Shown here one piece after another: positions 9,109 through 20,474 of a stretch of DNA of 32,000 bases. Within the stretch, counting starts at the first letter, position 1, and every line of letters starts with the position of its first letter. Both the position numbers and the translations under genes were made by a program. The DNA lies in the sequence record OZ273763.1; one strand, written 5' to 3'. The notes beneath the pieces are model-generated. The model saw only the letters and a list, made by a program, of their open reading frames with translations. It made no database searches and had not been told where the DNA came from.

Positions 9109-9915
9109 TAATTTTAATTAAAGTTTTAAATGTATTAATATTTAATAAAATGAATATAATTTATATTTTAATGTTTATATACCTATTGTTCATTTATTTA
9201 TAATAAGCTCGACAATTTAAAAATAAATATAATTCATTTATAAATTAAGATATATTTAATTTTTAAATTATACTTATTTATTCATTCACTATTTGAAATT
9301 AGTTTTAGTACTATTCTAATTTTTATTAGTTATTATAGTTTATAACTAATTATTTAAATAATATTAAAATATAATTTATATTTAATATTTAAATTTATAA
9401 TGAATAATAAGTATAATTGTTTTAAAGGTTTATCTTCTTATATATAAATATTACCAAGTAAATTTTTCATTTTTATTGTTTAATTTTTAATAAAACTGGT
9501 GTAATTATTGAAATAAAATTGTTGTATTTACCTAATAAACTTGATTTAGATAATACATTAGATTTAAATGATAATTTATTATTCTTAAGATATTTTGTTC
9601 ATTGTTTATAGCATAATATTATTCAAAAATTTTCATTAAACCCTTAATATAATAAATATTAATCCCTTCAAATTATAATATTATTTATATTAAAAATATC
9701 ATTTAAATCATATATAAATATTATAAAAATTTTTTATAATAACTTAATTATTTAAATAATTTTATTTTAAAAGTAATATATTAAGCTAATATTAATAAAT
9801 TAATAATTTATATTATTAGAGATACTGTTTAAAATATTTCATTTTAAGTATATTAATATTATTTTAAACTTAATATAATTAAATAAACTCAACATAACTT
9901 AAGATAATATCTCTT

Positions 9916-10049
9916 AATTAAACATTATTAACTAGAATTATAAAACATATGTATATTATAAAATATAATGGATGTTGAGTTACTAAATAAAGCTAAATTT
10001 CTAGTTAATTATAATATAATTACTTTATTTAGTCCTTGTGACAAATATA
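9916..10049 (+). repeat. copy B of the 134-nt dispersed direct repeat (shared leader upstream of orf360)
   Basis: Aligns to 3238-3371 with 6 mismatches. The orf360 ATG (10068) sits at the position homologous to the rps3 ATG. Confidence 0.85.
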
Positions 10050-10067
10050 TAAATTCATACATTAAAA

Positions 10068-11150
10068 ATGAAATTAATAGAAATTTTATCATATTTAAAT
10101 ATAATTTATTTATTGGAAATGTTTTTTATATCTATATTATTACATACATATTTATTTTATTTTATTAACTTAGAATATTTAGGTAAAGATTTTAAAGAAA
10201 AATTTCATTATTGACTAGAAAAAAAAATCATTTTAATTTTCATTATTATACTTTATTTTATTCTAATTTGTATTATTAATTATTATATTCAAAAAAATGT
10301 AATTTATTTAGATGAAAATGTAACATTAACAACTAAAATAAAAAATAGTGAAATAATTTTAAGTGGAGATTTTTTAAAAATTATTTCAGACAATTTTGGT
10401 AGTGCAGGAGTTTTTATAGCAGGTGCTAAAATAGCTTCATCTTTAATCACTAAACATCCTATAAATTTAACAACTAAAGTTGGAATTATAGGTAGTACCG
10501 GAGCAGGATTTTGTGTCACATATAAAGTAATAAATAAAAGTATGTCTAATAATATTGGAAAAATTTCTCACCTATCAGTTGAAACTGGTCCAATAGAAAT
10601 AAAATTAGAAGGAATAAAATATGCAAGTAATATAAATAATATGGAAATTAAAAGTTTATTAGACAAATATTTTGGAATATCTAATTCAATGAATAATATA
10701 AATTATAATACACAATTTAATGTTAATACAAATACATGAGAAATATTAACTAATGGAGAACAAACAAGTAAAGTTATAAATGAATTAGATATAATGAATC
10801 CAAATTGGAGAGATCTTTTCATTAATTCTCCATTAGAACCAGAAAATCCAATTATTAAATTTATATTAGAAAATGTAATTAATAGTTTAATACTTGATTT
10901 TATTAGTATTTATTTATTAATAATGTTACTAATTATTTTAATTATTAAATTTATATTAAGTAATAATATTAATTTTAATAATTTAAATAAATATCCATTA
11001 GGTACTTATATTAATAAATACTTAGTAAAATTTATTAATATGTGGCAAAAAAGTAATCAATTTTGGATTTTTTTAATAATAATAGTAGTAATTATTTTCA
11101 ATGCGGCATCTGCATTATCACTTTATCAATTAATAACAGTTTTATCTTAA
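10068..11150 (+). CDS. orphan ORF orf360 (predicted membrane protein), continuous only if TGA = Trp
   Basis: I read frame 3 codon by codon from the TAA at 10050-10052 to the TAA at 11148-11150. It has no TAA or TAG and two TGA (10212-10214, 10737-10739). It fuses track ORFs 10542-10739 and 10794-11150 and adds about 158 upstream codons. Hydrophobic N-terminus, Gly/Ala-rich centre (GSAGVFIAGAKIASSL...GIIGSTGAGF) and two C-terminal hydrophobic spans. Confidence 0.65.
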
Positions 11151-11175
11151 ATATTTATTTGACATACTTTTGAAA

Positions 11176-11186
11176 TTAACCCCTTT
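11176..11186 (+). promoter_or_regulatory. C-core motif TTAACCCCTTT, 30 nt 3' of the orf360 stop
   Basis: Identical to the nad3 copy. Supports orf360 being a processed transcription unit. Confidence 0.6.
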
Positions 11187-11220
11187 CAATAAATTTATTT
11201 TTAATCCTTTTGATAATATG

Positions 11221-11240
11221 TATATATATATATATATATA
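11221..11240. repeat. (TA)10 microsatellite
   Basis: Direct reading. Confidence 0.9.
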
Positions 11241-11269
11241 TTAAATATAGGTTTTATAACTTCAATAAT

Positions 11270-11700
11270 ATTTATTTATAAGTATCCATTAAAAGGATTT
11301 AATATAAATTATAATATAAAAATCATTATTTATGGTTATATTTATTATTATCATTATTATTTATATATTGATTACATCTTTAATAGTAGTTAATATTATT
11401 AACTTTGATAAATTCATATTATTAAAAGATAAATATATATATTTAAATAAAATTATTAATAGTAATATACATAATAATATGTTTCCAAATAATAGAAATT
11501 TATTAGAAAATAATCTTGATTCTAACTTAGATAGAAGAATTAAAATAACTAATGAACAAAATATTATTCAATCAAATGTACAAATGTAAATCAACAATCT
11601 CCTAATATATCATCAAGAGTAAATAATCTAGATCCAATTGAAAATAAAGATATAGTAAATACTCAAATAATTGAACCCCCCAAAAAAAAATAAAAATATA
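11270..11700 (+). pseudogene. frameshifted partial duplicate of orf374 (includes track ORF 11332-11589)
   Basis: YPLKGF (11283-11300, frame 3) matches orf374 YPLKGF at 12572. YILITSLIVVNIINFDKFILLKDKYI (frame 1) versus orf374 YILILPLIIINIINSAKFIEFKDSFI gives 16/26 identical residues. The two blocks are in different frames and closer together than in orf374. Confidence 0.5.
11672..11690 (+). promoter_or_regulatory. C-core variant TGAACCCCCC followed by A9
   Basis: C6 plus A9 homopolymers, 87 nt 3' of the orf85 stop. Confidence 0.4.
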
Positions 11701-11718
11701 TAGGTTGAAGATGTAAAT

Positions 11719-11730
11719 TTAACCCCCCAT
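11719..11730 (+). promoter_or_regulatory. C-core variant TTAACCCCCCAT (C6)
   Basis: Near-identical to 4908-4919. Confidence 0.4.
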
Positions 11731-12052
11731 ATTATTTATATTTAAATAATATTGTATTAAACAAATTATAAATTAAGTCATTTATTGTGTAAACATAGTA
11801 ATATTACCAATAATTAATTTATAATTAATATGAATAATAAACATGGTTGTGAGATTATTATAATATAAATTATTTTTAATAGATATAAATAATCTTTTTG
11901 TGGTGTTCGATTCACTAAATTATTATAAAAAAAATATAAAATGAGAAATATTAAATATGTAGTAATATGTCAAATAACACTATTCTATAGTATACTTTAT
12001 ATATAAAGTTAATATTCATTTGGTAAGTATCATAGCTAATAGATAAAATAAA

Positions 12053-13177
12053 ATGAACAATCAACTTCAAATTATGTTAACAAATATAACATATAAAATA
12101 TCAGAAATTTTTAGATTAAATTTAATTGCCTTAAGAATTAATCATTATTATAAATTGAATTTATATTTACTATTATTCTTATTTATTTGCATTATCTCTT
12201 CAATTGTTATTAGAACTAATATAATAAACGAAGAAATATTACTTTCTTATTTCAATAATAATTATATAAAATGAATTATGAATACACTAAGTATATTGGC
12301 TATTATTTACTCTTTCAAATTAATATTTGATATAATAATTAGAGCTTTACAATCATTTAAAATGATACCAGATTTTATTGGTTTATATAAATCTAATACA
12401 AAAAATATAACATCAATTATTAGTTTATACTATATACAAAATATCTTATTAATGATGTTATCATTATGGATATTATATAATATATTAACAAAATTAAACT
12501 TAGTTATTGATAATCTATATCTTTATATAATTTCTTTAGGGATTATATCTTCTTTAGTATTTATTTATTATTATCCTTTAAAAGGTTTTACTTTTGATAA
12601 TAATATTAATGGTTATTCTATTTGGGTGTATTTACTATTATTCTTTTTCTGTCTATTTTATATATTAATATTACCATTAATAATAATCAATATTATTAAT
12701 AGTGCTAAATTTATAGAATTTAAAGATAGTTTTATTGACAAATGTATTTACAATACTAAACCACATTATATGGATGATAATAATAACGATTACACCGTTA
12801 GAAATAGCGATGATTCTAATAGAATTGTCAGAAGTAATAGAATTGAAAGTAGTAATAATAGAATTACAGTTCCAACTGATTTATCTTCAGAAAATGCTAT
12901 TATCATATCTGGTAATACAATAGAAGTTGTACCTAGAGTGAATAATTATAACATTAGTAATTTAAGTATACATAATACTATTAGACCTACTCCTCTTAAC
13001 TCTATTAATTCACCTTCTAATACTAGTTTAAGTAGTAGTATTAATCAAGCAGTGGATAGATTACAATTAGATAATCAAAGTCAAAGTAGAAATCCATTTC
13101 ATTCAACTTCTACAACTAATTTATTAAATCCTAATAATTCTAGTACTAGTACAAATGTTTTTAATAAAGAAAATTAA
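12053..13177 (+). CDS. orphan ORF orf374 (multi-pass hydrophobic N-terminal part, Ser/Asn-rich hydrophilic tail), continuous only if TGA = Trp
   Basis: Track ORFs 12053-12274 and 12278-13177 share a frame and are separated only by the TGA at 12272-12274. TAA at 12044-12046 closes the frame upstream. Confidence 0.65.
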
Positions 13178-13412
13178 AATATGTAATATATTAACAAAAT
13201 AACGTAGTCGATTTATTTAGTATAAATAACAATGAAACTATTAAACATAAACATAGATTCATTGATTATCCTTTTACTACTGATAATATATTATTAACCA
13301 TTATTAATGAGTAACAATAATATATTAATCATCATTTTAATGATAATAAAATGTATTAAATAATTACTAACAAAATATTAAATATTAAAATTTTAACAAC
13401 TCCCTCCAATAA

Positions 13413-13424
13413 TTAACCCCTCCT
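13413..13424 (+). promoter_or_regulatory. C-core motif TTAACCCCTCCT, 240 nt 3' of the orf374 stop
   Basis: TTAACCCCT core, preceded by a second C-rich patch (ctccctcc, 13400-13407). Confidence 0.5.
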
Positions 13425-13999
13425 TATTCACTCAATATGCCAAACACAAACGATGTTAATTTATTTCTAAACATTTTTAATAATTTATCTAATAATTTAA
13501 ATCATTCACCTAATAAAATATATTATATATTAACAATTGACCTTAAATAATCAAATAATAACCTTAATAATATAAATAAATATTAAAATTCAAACAACAT
13601 TATTACCTTCGTAAACTGACATCATAATATCAATATATTATCAAATCTTTTATATACAAATAATGTATAATTGCTTATAAAATTCCAATATTTCTAATTA
13701 CTACCTATATAAAATTAATTTAAAGATAATTTAATTATCTTTAAATTACCAATATAACCATTTTATATTAAATTTTATATCTTTTTATCCTAACTCATTA
13801 TTTAATATTATATAATCTACCTATAATTATACAATTAATTATAGCTTACATTTTTAATTAATTTTATTTGATTGACTGTCTATATTATCTATTCATTATT
13901 ATGTAAATAATAAATTTAGAGTCTTATTTAATATATATCTAATATATATTATTTAATATTATTAATAAATATTATATTGTTAAATATAAAAGTATCGAT

Positions 14000-16900
14000 G
14001 ATAATATTGTTGTAACATCATAAGTAATTTAATGGGGTTATTAAGGATAACAACGCAAATTTATTAAAAAGGAGGTTTAACCAAAAGCTTCATATTAATT
14101 AAAAATTTAATGAATAAAAATGGGGCGATCCTAAGGGAAACCTTTTTATAATTACTTCCTGAAGTAAAACATTTTATTAAGGAAAGGAAAGGAAATCAAC
14201 CGAGACTCCGAAAGTAATGGTGAGTGAAATCGGATTAGCCTAATTATTTTTATAAATAAAACAAATTTTATTAAACAAATATTATTTATTAATATTATAT
14301 TATTTAAATAAAATAATACTTTGTATCCTTTATTATTTAAATAATAAAGGAATGAAATTAACATTTTATTATTAATAATAAAATGTACCAAAGAAGGTTA
14401 TTATATTAAGTCCTGTATATTTATAAAAATAATTAAATAATAAGTACAATGAGAGAAAACTTGTTGGAATATAGGGGAACCATCCTCTAAGGCTAAGTAA
14501 AATAAATTTAGCGCTAGTGAAAAGTACTGTAAAGGAAAGGTTGAAAAGCATGTATTATACATTAAATATGTTAATTAAATGTATAATTAACATTAGGTGA
14601 AATAATCTTGAATTAGTAACTCTATAAGCAGTTGAAATTTGTAACAGAATGACAACGTACCTTTTGCATAATGGGTCAGCAAGTTAATAGGAGTAGCAAG
14701 GTTTAAAGCCCTAGCGAAAGCGACTGGACTATTTAATATAGTGATGGATAAGTTACTTCTATTAGACCCGAAGCTAGGTGATCTTTCCAAGACCAGATAA
14801 TAATAGATCGAACGGGTGAATGTTGCATAATTCTCCGAAGAGTTTTGGAAAGCGGTGAAATGCCAATCTGACCTAGTGCTAGCTGGTTTTCTACGAAACA
14901 TATTTAAGTATGACATCTAAATAAAATTTATGGAGGTACAGCACGGCAATTCCCAACAAATATTAAATATATTTTATTTAATAAGCGTTTAGGTTGCGGG
15001 GACCTCGAAAATCTTACCTATGGAAATGAATCTCGGAAGTACATAAATTGATATTAGATATTCAGACTATTCAAGATAAGTTGGATAGTCAAGACGGAAA
15101 CAGCCGAGAACACATATCAAGGTCCCAAATGATTATTAAGTGAAATTAAGGATGTAGCAAATCATATACAGCTGTAAAGTGAGCCTGGTAGTCGCTACTT
15201 ATAATGATCGTTGTAACAACGCATCAGCAGTTAGATTGTAGCGCCAAAAATTTAACGGGTCTTAAGTAATCAACCGATATTGTGTTAATTAATACTATAT
15301 AAATACATCAAATTTGATATAGTATTAATTTAGGTAGTAGAACATTCAGTTTAACCATTAATAAAACAGTGTTTCATTGTTTTTAGGTTACTGAAGAGAT
15401 AATGCTGACATGAGTAACGAAAAAAGAAGTTAATAATACTTCTCGCCGAATACGAAAGGGTTATAAGGAAAGGTTAAACCTCCTTATGTGAATGCGGCCT
15501 CTAAAGTACAATACCAAAGTATTGGCTGATGAGTTTATAACTGAAAATCTCCATTAATTATTAATTGAGATCAGGAAATTAATGTTATAAAATAATCATT
15601 CTTAAAATGATTATAATAATTGATTTATTTAAATGTTGTTTAATATATAATATAAGTAAATTATTTATTTTAAGAAGGTTATTTAATCTACCGTACCTTA
15701 AACCGACACAGGTTCGTAAGTAGAGTATACTAAGGCGTAGAGCTAAAAGTTGTAAAGGAACTCGGCAAATTCTCCTCATAAGTTAGACAATAAGAGGAAC
15801 CGTTAAAATTAAATAAAATATAATTGATACGGTGTCACAAAATCGGAGGCCACGACTGTTTACTAAAAACACAGATCGCTGCAATGATGAATATCATAGT
15901 ATAGCGGTCGAAATTTGCCCGATGCCATTAATATAAGAGAGGTAATGGGAAACTGTTACTAATCGAAAGTCTGGTTAATAGCGGTCTTAACCATGAGGAT
16001 CCTAAGGTAGCAAAATAAATTGGCCATTAAATGTGGTCTGGTATCAATAATGTAACGATGGCCTTACTGTCTCTACAACTTGCTCAGTGAAATTGAATTA
16101 CCCGTGCAGATGCGGGTTACCTCCAGGTGGACGGGAAGACCCTATGCAGCTTTACTGTAGTTAGTCATCATATTGATCTACAACAACTTTGGTTAATAGT
16201 GATTAGGGAAGTCGATAGACAAATAGTGGAATACCTTAAAACTAAGGTTGGGTTAATGTTTACTTTTTTAATTTTATACAAGTTATAAAGGAGAGTTGAC
16301 TAATTGGCAGTTTGACTGGGGCGGTCGTCTTTAATAAAGTAACAAAGTACATCCAAATTATTATTATTAATCTTCATTTTATAATATAAGATATAAGATT
16401 AAAACAAACACTAAATAGATAATATTATATTATTTTGAATAAAGGAAATTTTCTATTATTTATTATAATATAAATACCATTTAAAATAAAACATTAAAAT
16501 AAAAAAGGTATAGCTAGAAATTGAATGGAGATCAATCAACCAGTGAACGGTTGTGTATTGCATAATGGCGGAAAGCATACTTAACTGAAAGACTTAGAAG
16601 TCACACAGATACGTAAGTAGGGCATAGTGACCCCTCGCTATAAAATGGAATAGACGGGGATCAATCGATAAAAGTTACGCTAGGGATAACAGGCTGATAG
16701 CTGACAAGAGTACACATTGTCTCAGCTGTTTGGCACCTCGATGTCGACTCATCCTATCCTCCGGGGGAAGAATCTTGGAAGGGTTCGGCTGTTCGCCGAT
16801 TAAAAGGTTACGTGAGTTGGGTTTAATACGACGTGAGTCAGTATGGTCCCTATCTTCTGGAGGAACAAATAGTAAAAAGAGGTAGACCTTCTAGTACGAA

Positions 16901-17100
16901 AGGATCAATAGGCTGTGTTTCTCTAGTTTACCAATTGTTTATATTAAAATAAAATGTAAGCACGGTTGGATAGCCACAAACATAACAGATAATAGCTGAA
17001 TGCATATAAAGCAAGAATCTGACCTCTAGATACTATCATTGAATATTATAAATAATTCATTTTATTTTAAATATTAAATTAAGAAATAGAACATTTCTAA
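14000..17100 (+). rRNA. rnl: large-subunit ribosomal RNA (boundaries approximate, roughly +/-100 nt)
   Basis: Matches to universally conserved 23S segments: aggaaatcaaccgagactcc (about 14190), gtaccttttgcataatgggtcagc (14657), ggacgggaagaccctatgcagctttactg (16131), ggcagtttgactggggcggtc (16306), ctagggataacaggctgata (16681), cacctcgatgtcgactcatc (16735) and the sarcin-ricin loop agtacgaaaggatc (16893). No intron at the usual domain V sites. Confidence 0.93.
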
Positions 17101-17332
17101 ATAGGATGTAAATGAAATTACTGTAAAGTATTAAGTTTAACATTACTAATTTTATTATAGACTTGATGTTAAAGGTTGTCATAAAAATATTTATAAATAA
17201 GTCAATATAAAAAGTCATTAATAATAAATATATTAATTCATTTTTTATAAATATTTAATATCATTAATTTGAATATTGACTTATTTTATATTCATATATT
17301 TAAATATTCATATATAAAGATTATTTAAATAT

Positions 17333-17404
17333 AAGCTCATAATTTAATAGGTAGAATAGTTTCTTGATGAGGAATTTGTAGAAGTTCAAATCTTCTTGGG
17401 CTTA
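17333..17404 (+). tRNA. trnI: tRNA-Ile(GAU)
   Basis: aagctca|ta|attt|aataggta|gaat|a|gtttc|ttgatga|ggaat|ttgt|agaag|ttcaaat|cttct|tgggctt|a. Confidence 0.9.
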
Positions 17405-17818
17405 ATAAAACAAATTTTAGTTAATCATATTTATATTAAACTTTGGTTCTTTATATTTATTAATTAATATTGATTTTAATATTAAATATATACATATTAC
17501 TTTTTGTTACAATATATTTACTAAAGGACTTTAATTATCTTAATATTAATAAAATTTTATTAATGTTGAATTATTAAATAACCCTTTTTAAATTAAATAA
17601 ACAAATAAATAAATAAATGTTTAATTATTTATTTATTATTTACTATTATTTAATATATAACATATTATTATTTTAAATAGATAAATTTTATCTAACATTG
17701 TGCTGTTAATATTAAACTGTTAATATTAATAAAAATTATAAAATAATATAATATATTATATATTATAGATTATATATCTATTAATATTAATATAAATATT
17801 ATTATTATTAAAATAAAA

Positions 17819-18976
17819 ATGAGAATATTAAAAACCCATATACTATTAAGATTAGTAAATTCTTATGCAGTAGATTCACCACAACCAGCAAATATTTCAT
17901 ATTTATGGAATTTTGGTTCATTATTAGCAGTATGTTTAGTAATACAAATACTTACTGGAGCTTTTTTAGCTATGCATTATCAAGCTCATGTTGATTTTGC
18001 ATTTAATTCAGTAGAACATATAATGAGAGATGTTAATAATGGTTGGATATTAAGATATATTCACGCTAATGTTGCTTCATTTTTCTTTATTTTTGTTTAT
18101 ATGCATGTAGGTAGAGGTTTATATTATGGTTCATATAAATCACCTAGAATTTTATTATGGTCAATTGGAGTAATTATATTAATACTTATGATGGCTATTG
18201 CTTTTTTAGGTTATGTTCTTCCATATGGTCAAATGAGTTTATGGGGTGCTACAGTAATTACTAATTTACTTTCAGCAATTCCAGTTTTTGGGCAAGATAT
18301 TGTAGAATTAATTTGGGGAGGTTTTAGTGTTAATAATGCAACATTAAATAGATTTTTTTCTTTACATTATTTATTACCATTTTTATTAGCTGCTTTAGCA
18401 TTAGCTCATTTAATAGTTCTTCATGTTCATGGATCAAGTAATCCTAATGGAGTTTCTTCTAATGGAGATAGATTTGCAATACATCCTTATTTTATGTTTA
18501 AAGATCTTATAACTATATTTTTATTCTTTCTTGTATTATCTATAATAGTATTTTATTCTCCTAATTTATTAGGTCATAGCGATAATTATATACCAGCTAA
18601 TCCTATGAGTACACCTGCATCTATTGTACCTGAATGGTATTTATTACCTTTCTATGCTATTTTAAGATCTATTCCTAATAAATTATTAGGAGTTATTGCT
18701 ATGTTTGGTTCTTTATTAATTTTATTAATATTACCTTTAACAGATTTATCTAGAATTAGAGGAAATCAGTTTAGACCTGCAATGAAATTAGCTTTTTGGT
18801 TTTTTGTAGTAGATTTTATTATTTTAATGTGGATTGGTTCTCAACATCCTGAATCTCCTTATTTAGAAATAGGTCAATTTGCAACAGCATTTTATTTCTT
18901 TTGGTTCTTAATATTAGTTCCAATGATTGGAATAATTGAAAATACTTTATTTGATTTAGCTTTAGAAAATAAATAG
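17819..18976 (+). CDS. cob: apocytochrome b (intronless)
   Basis: Full-length cytochrome b: ...[12 protein letters not shown]..., ...[28 protein letters not shown]..., ...[22 protein letters not shown]... Confidence 0.98.
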   Translation: MRILKTHILLRLVNSYAVDSPQPANISYLWNFGSLLAVCLVIQILTGAFLAMHYQAHVDFAFNSVEHIMRDVNNGWILRYIHANVASFFFIFVYMHVGRGLYYGSYKSPRILLWSIGVIILILMMAIAFLGYVLPYGQMSLWGATVITNLLSAIPVFGQDIVELIWGGFSVNNATLNRFFSLHYLLPFLLAALALAHLIVLHVHGSSNPNGVSSNGDRFAIHPYFMFKDLITIFLFFLVLSIIVFYSPNLLGHSDNYIPANPMSTPASIVPEWYLLPFYAILRSIPNKLLGVIAMFGSLLILLILPLTDLSRIRGNQFRPAMKLAFWFFVVDFIILMWIGSQHPESPYLEIGQFATAFYFFWFLILVPMIGIIENTLFDLALENK

Positions 18977-18993
18977 TGTTAATTATTACTATA

Positions 18994-19015
18994 TGTTAAT
19001 AATATATTATTAACA
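18994..19015. repeat. perfect 22-nt palindrome tgttaataata|tattattaaca, 18 nt 3' of cob
   Basis: Arms verified base by base. Confidence 0.75.
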
Positions 19016-19312
19016 ATATTATTTAAATTAAAATACATTAACAATGCATATTTATAAATTAAAATTATAAATATTATTAAATAATTTAAGCAACCAGATT
19101 TAAACTTGTAAAATTGTTTAAACATTAACTATAAAATAAAATTATTTAATGATTCCTACTATAACTATTAATCTTATAAATTATAACATTAATATTATAA
19201 ATTTATATTTTAATGTAATAACTAAAATATAATGATTGAATTAATACATTAAATAAAATTTTAATCAAAAGTTATTTATTCGGTATTAAATTTTTAAAAT
19301 AAAATTTACCAA

Positions 19313-20131
19313 ATGAAAAATATTAATATACAAAAAAATAAATTTCAAGCTTTTCCTTATCATTTAGTAGATCCATCTCCTTGGCCAATATTAGTTGGGT
19401 TTTCAGTATTTTCTATGGCAATAGGAGCAGTTATGTATTTACATGGATTTTCAAATGGAGGTTATTTATTAAATTTAGGTTTTATTATAACAGTTTATGG
19501 TACGATTCTTTGGTTTAGAGATGTAATATCAGAAGGTACTTACTTAGGTCATCATACTAAAGAAGTAAAAAATGGACTAATAATAGGTTTTGTTCTTTTT
19601 GTTATTAGTGAAGTATTTGCTTTTTTATCTATTTTTTGGGCATTTTTTCATTCTAGTTTATCTCCTGCTATAGAAATTGGAGGTTCTTGGCCTCCATTAG
19701 GTATTACACCTTTAGATGCTTTTGCTATACCTTTACTTAATACTTTTTTATTATTATCTTCAGGTGCATTTATAACTTATGGTCACCATGCTTTAATAGC
19801 AGGTAATAGAAAAGGAGCTATAATAGGAACAATTCTTACAATTGTGTTTGCTATTATTTTTACAGCTTTACAATATTATGAATATTCTGAAGCTGCATTT
19901 ACAATGTCTGATAGTGTATATGGTTCAGCTTTTTTTGCTTCTACAGGTTTACATGGAATTCATGTTATTATTGGAACATTATTTATTTCTGTTGGTTTAT
20001 TTAGAATGATCAATTATCATTTAACTGATACACATCATCAAGGTCATGAAGCAGCTATATTATATTGGCATTTTGTAGATATAGTTTGGTTATTTTTATT
20101 TATGGCAGTTTATTACTGGGGTGGATCTTAA
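19313..20131 (+). CDS. cox3: cytochrome c oxidase subunit 3
   Basis: ...FPYHLVDPSPWP..., ...FFASTGLHGIHVIIGT..., ...AAILYWHFVDIVWLFLF... Confidence 0.98.
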   Translation: MKNINIQKNKFQAFPYHLVDPSPWPILVGFSVFSMAIGAVMYLHGFSNGGYLLNLGFIITVYGTILWFRDVISEGTYLGHHTKEVKNGLIIGFVLFVISEVFAFLSIFWAFFHSSLSPAIEIGGSWPPLGITPLDAFAIPLLNTFLLLSSGAFITYGHHALIAGNRKGAIIGTILTIVFAIIFTALQYYEYSEAAFTMSDSVYGSAFFASTGLHGIHVIIGTLFISVGLFRMINYHLTDTHHQGHEAAILYWHFVDIVWLFLFMAVYYWGGS

Positions 20132-20303
20132 TTTATAACATTAAATGTAATTCACTATCATTAATTGATAAATCATAAATATAAAATAAATAGTTAGAGT
20201 ATAAGAAAATTTCATTATATTAATATTTAATATTATAAATTATAATTGTAATATTAAATATTATATGTTTTCTAATTCATAAACAGAATTCAATTTAAAT
20301 AAA

Positions 20304-20314
20304 ATAACCCCTTA
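20304..20314 (+). promoter_or_regulatory. C-core motif ATAACCCCTTA, 177 nt 3' of the cox3 stop
   Basis: No such motif lies between cob and cox3, which suggests a cob-cox3 unit. Confidence 0.55.
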
Positions 20315-20474
20315 TATTATAAATTTAATTATACTTTATTTATATTTATAATATAAAACTAATTTTGTTACTTGTGTACAGGGTATTTATATAAAAATAA
20401 ATGAACTTAAGTATTACTCCTTTTTGTTCAAAATACTCACTCAATTATTAAATGTACTATAAGGAATAATTACA

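Noticed and set aside
9205-9225. ataagctcgacaatttaa resembling the 5' end of trnI (ataagctcataatttaa)
   Set aside because: The match is short with no remainder of a tRNA. It is a possible fragment but not supportable.
10304-10519. 71-aa minus-strand ORF
   Set aside because: It is antisense to the most codon-like (Gly/Ala-rich) part of orf360. The sense frame is open for 360 codons and is the better explanation.
11901-11925. tRNA T-arm-like sequence tggtg|ttcgatt|cacta
   Set aside because: I could not build an acceptor, D arm or anticodon arm from the upstream 55 nt. At best it is a tRNA remnant.
12735-12923. 62-aa + strand ORF in an alternative frame of orf374
   Set aside because: It is nested out of frame in a much longer ORF, with no independent support.
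14031-14040. GGGG run (aatggggtta) that would be a minus-strand C-core copy
   Set aside because: It lies at or inside the 5' end of rnl, where G-rich conserved rRNA sequence is expected.
14152-15779. Three minus-strand ORFs from the track (14152-14391, 14593-14916, 15585-15779)
   Set aside because: They lie antisense inside rnl, where conserved 23S sequence blocks are unambiguous on the + strand. Their peptides have no recognisable features.
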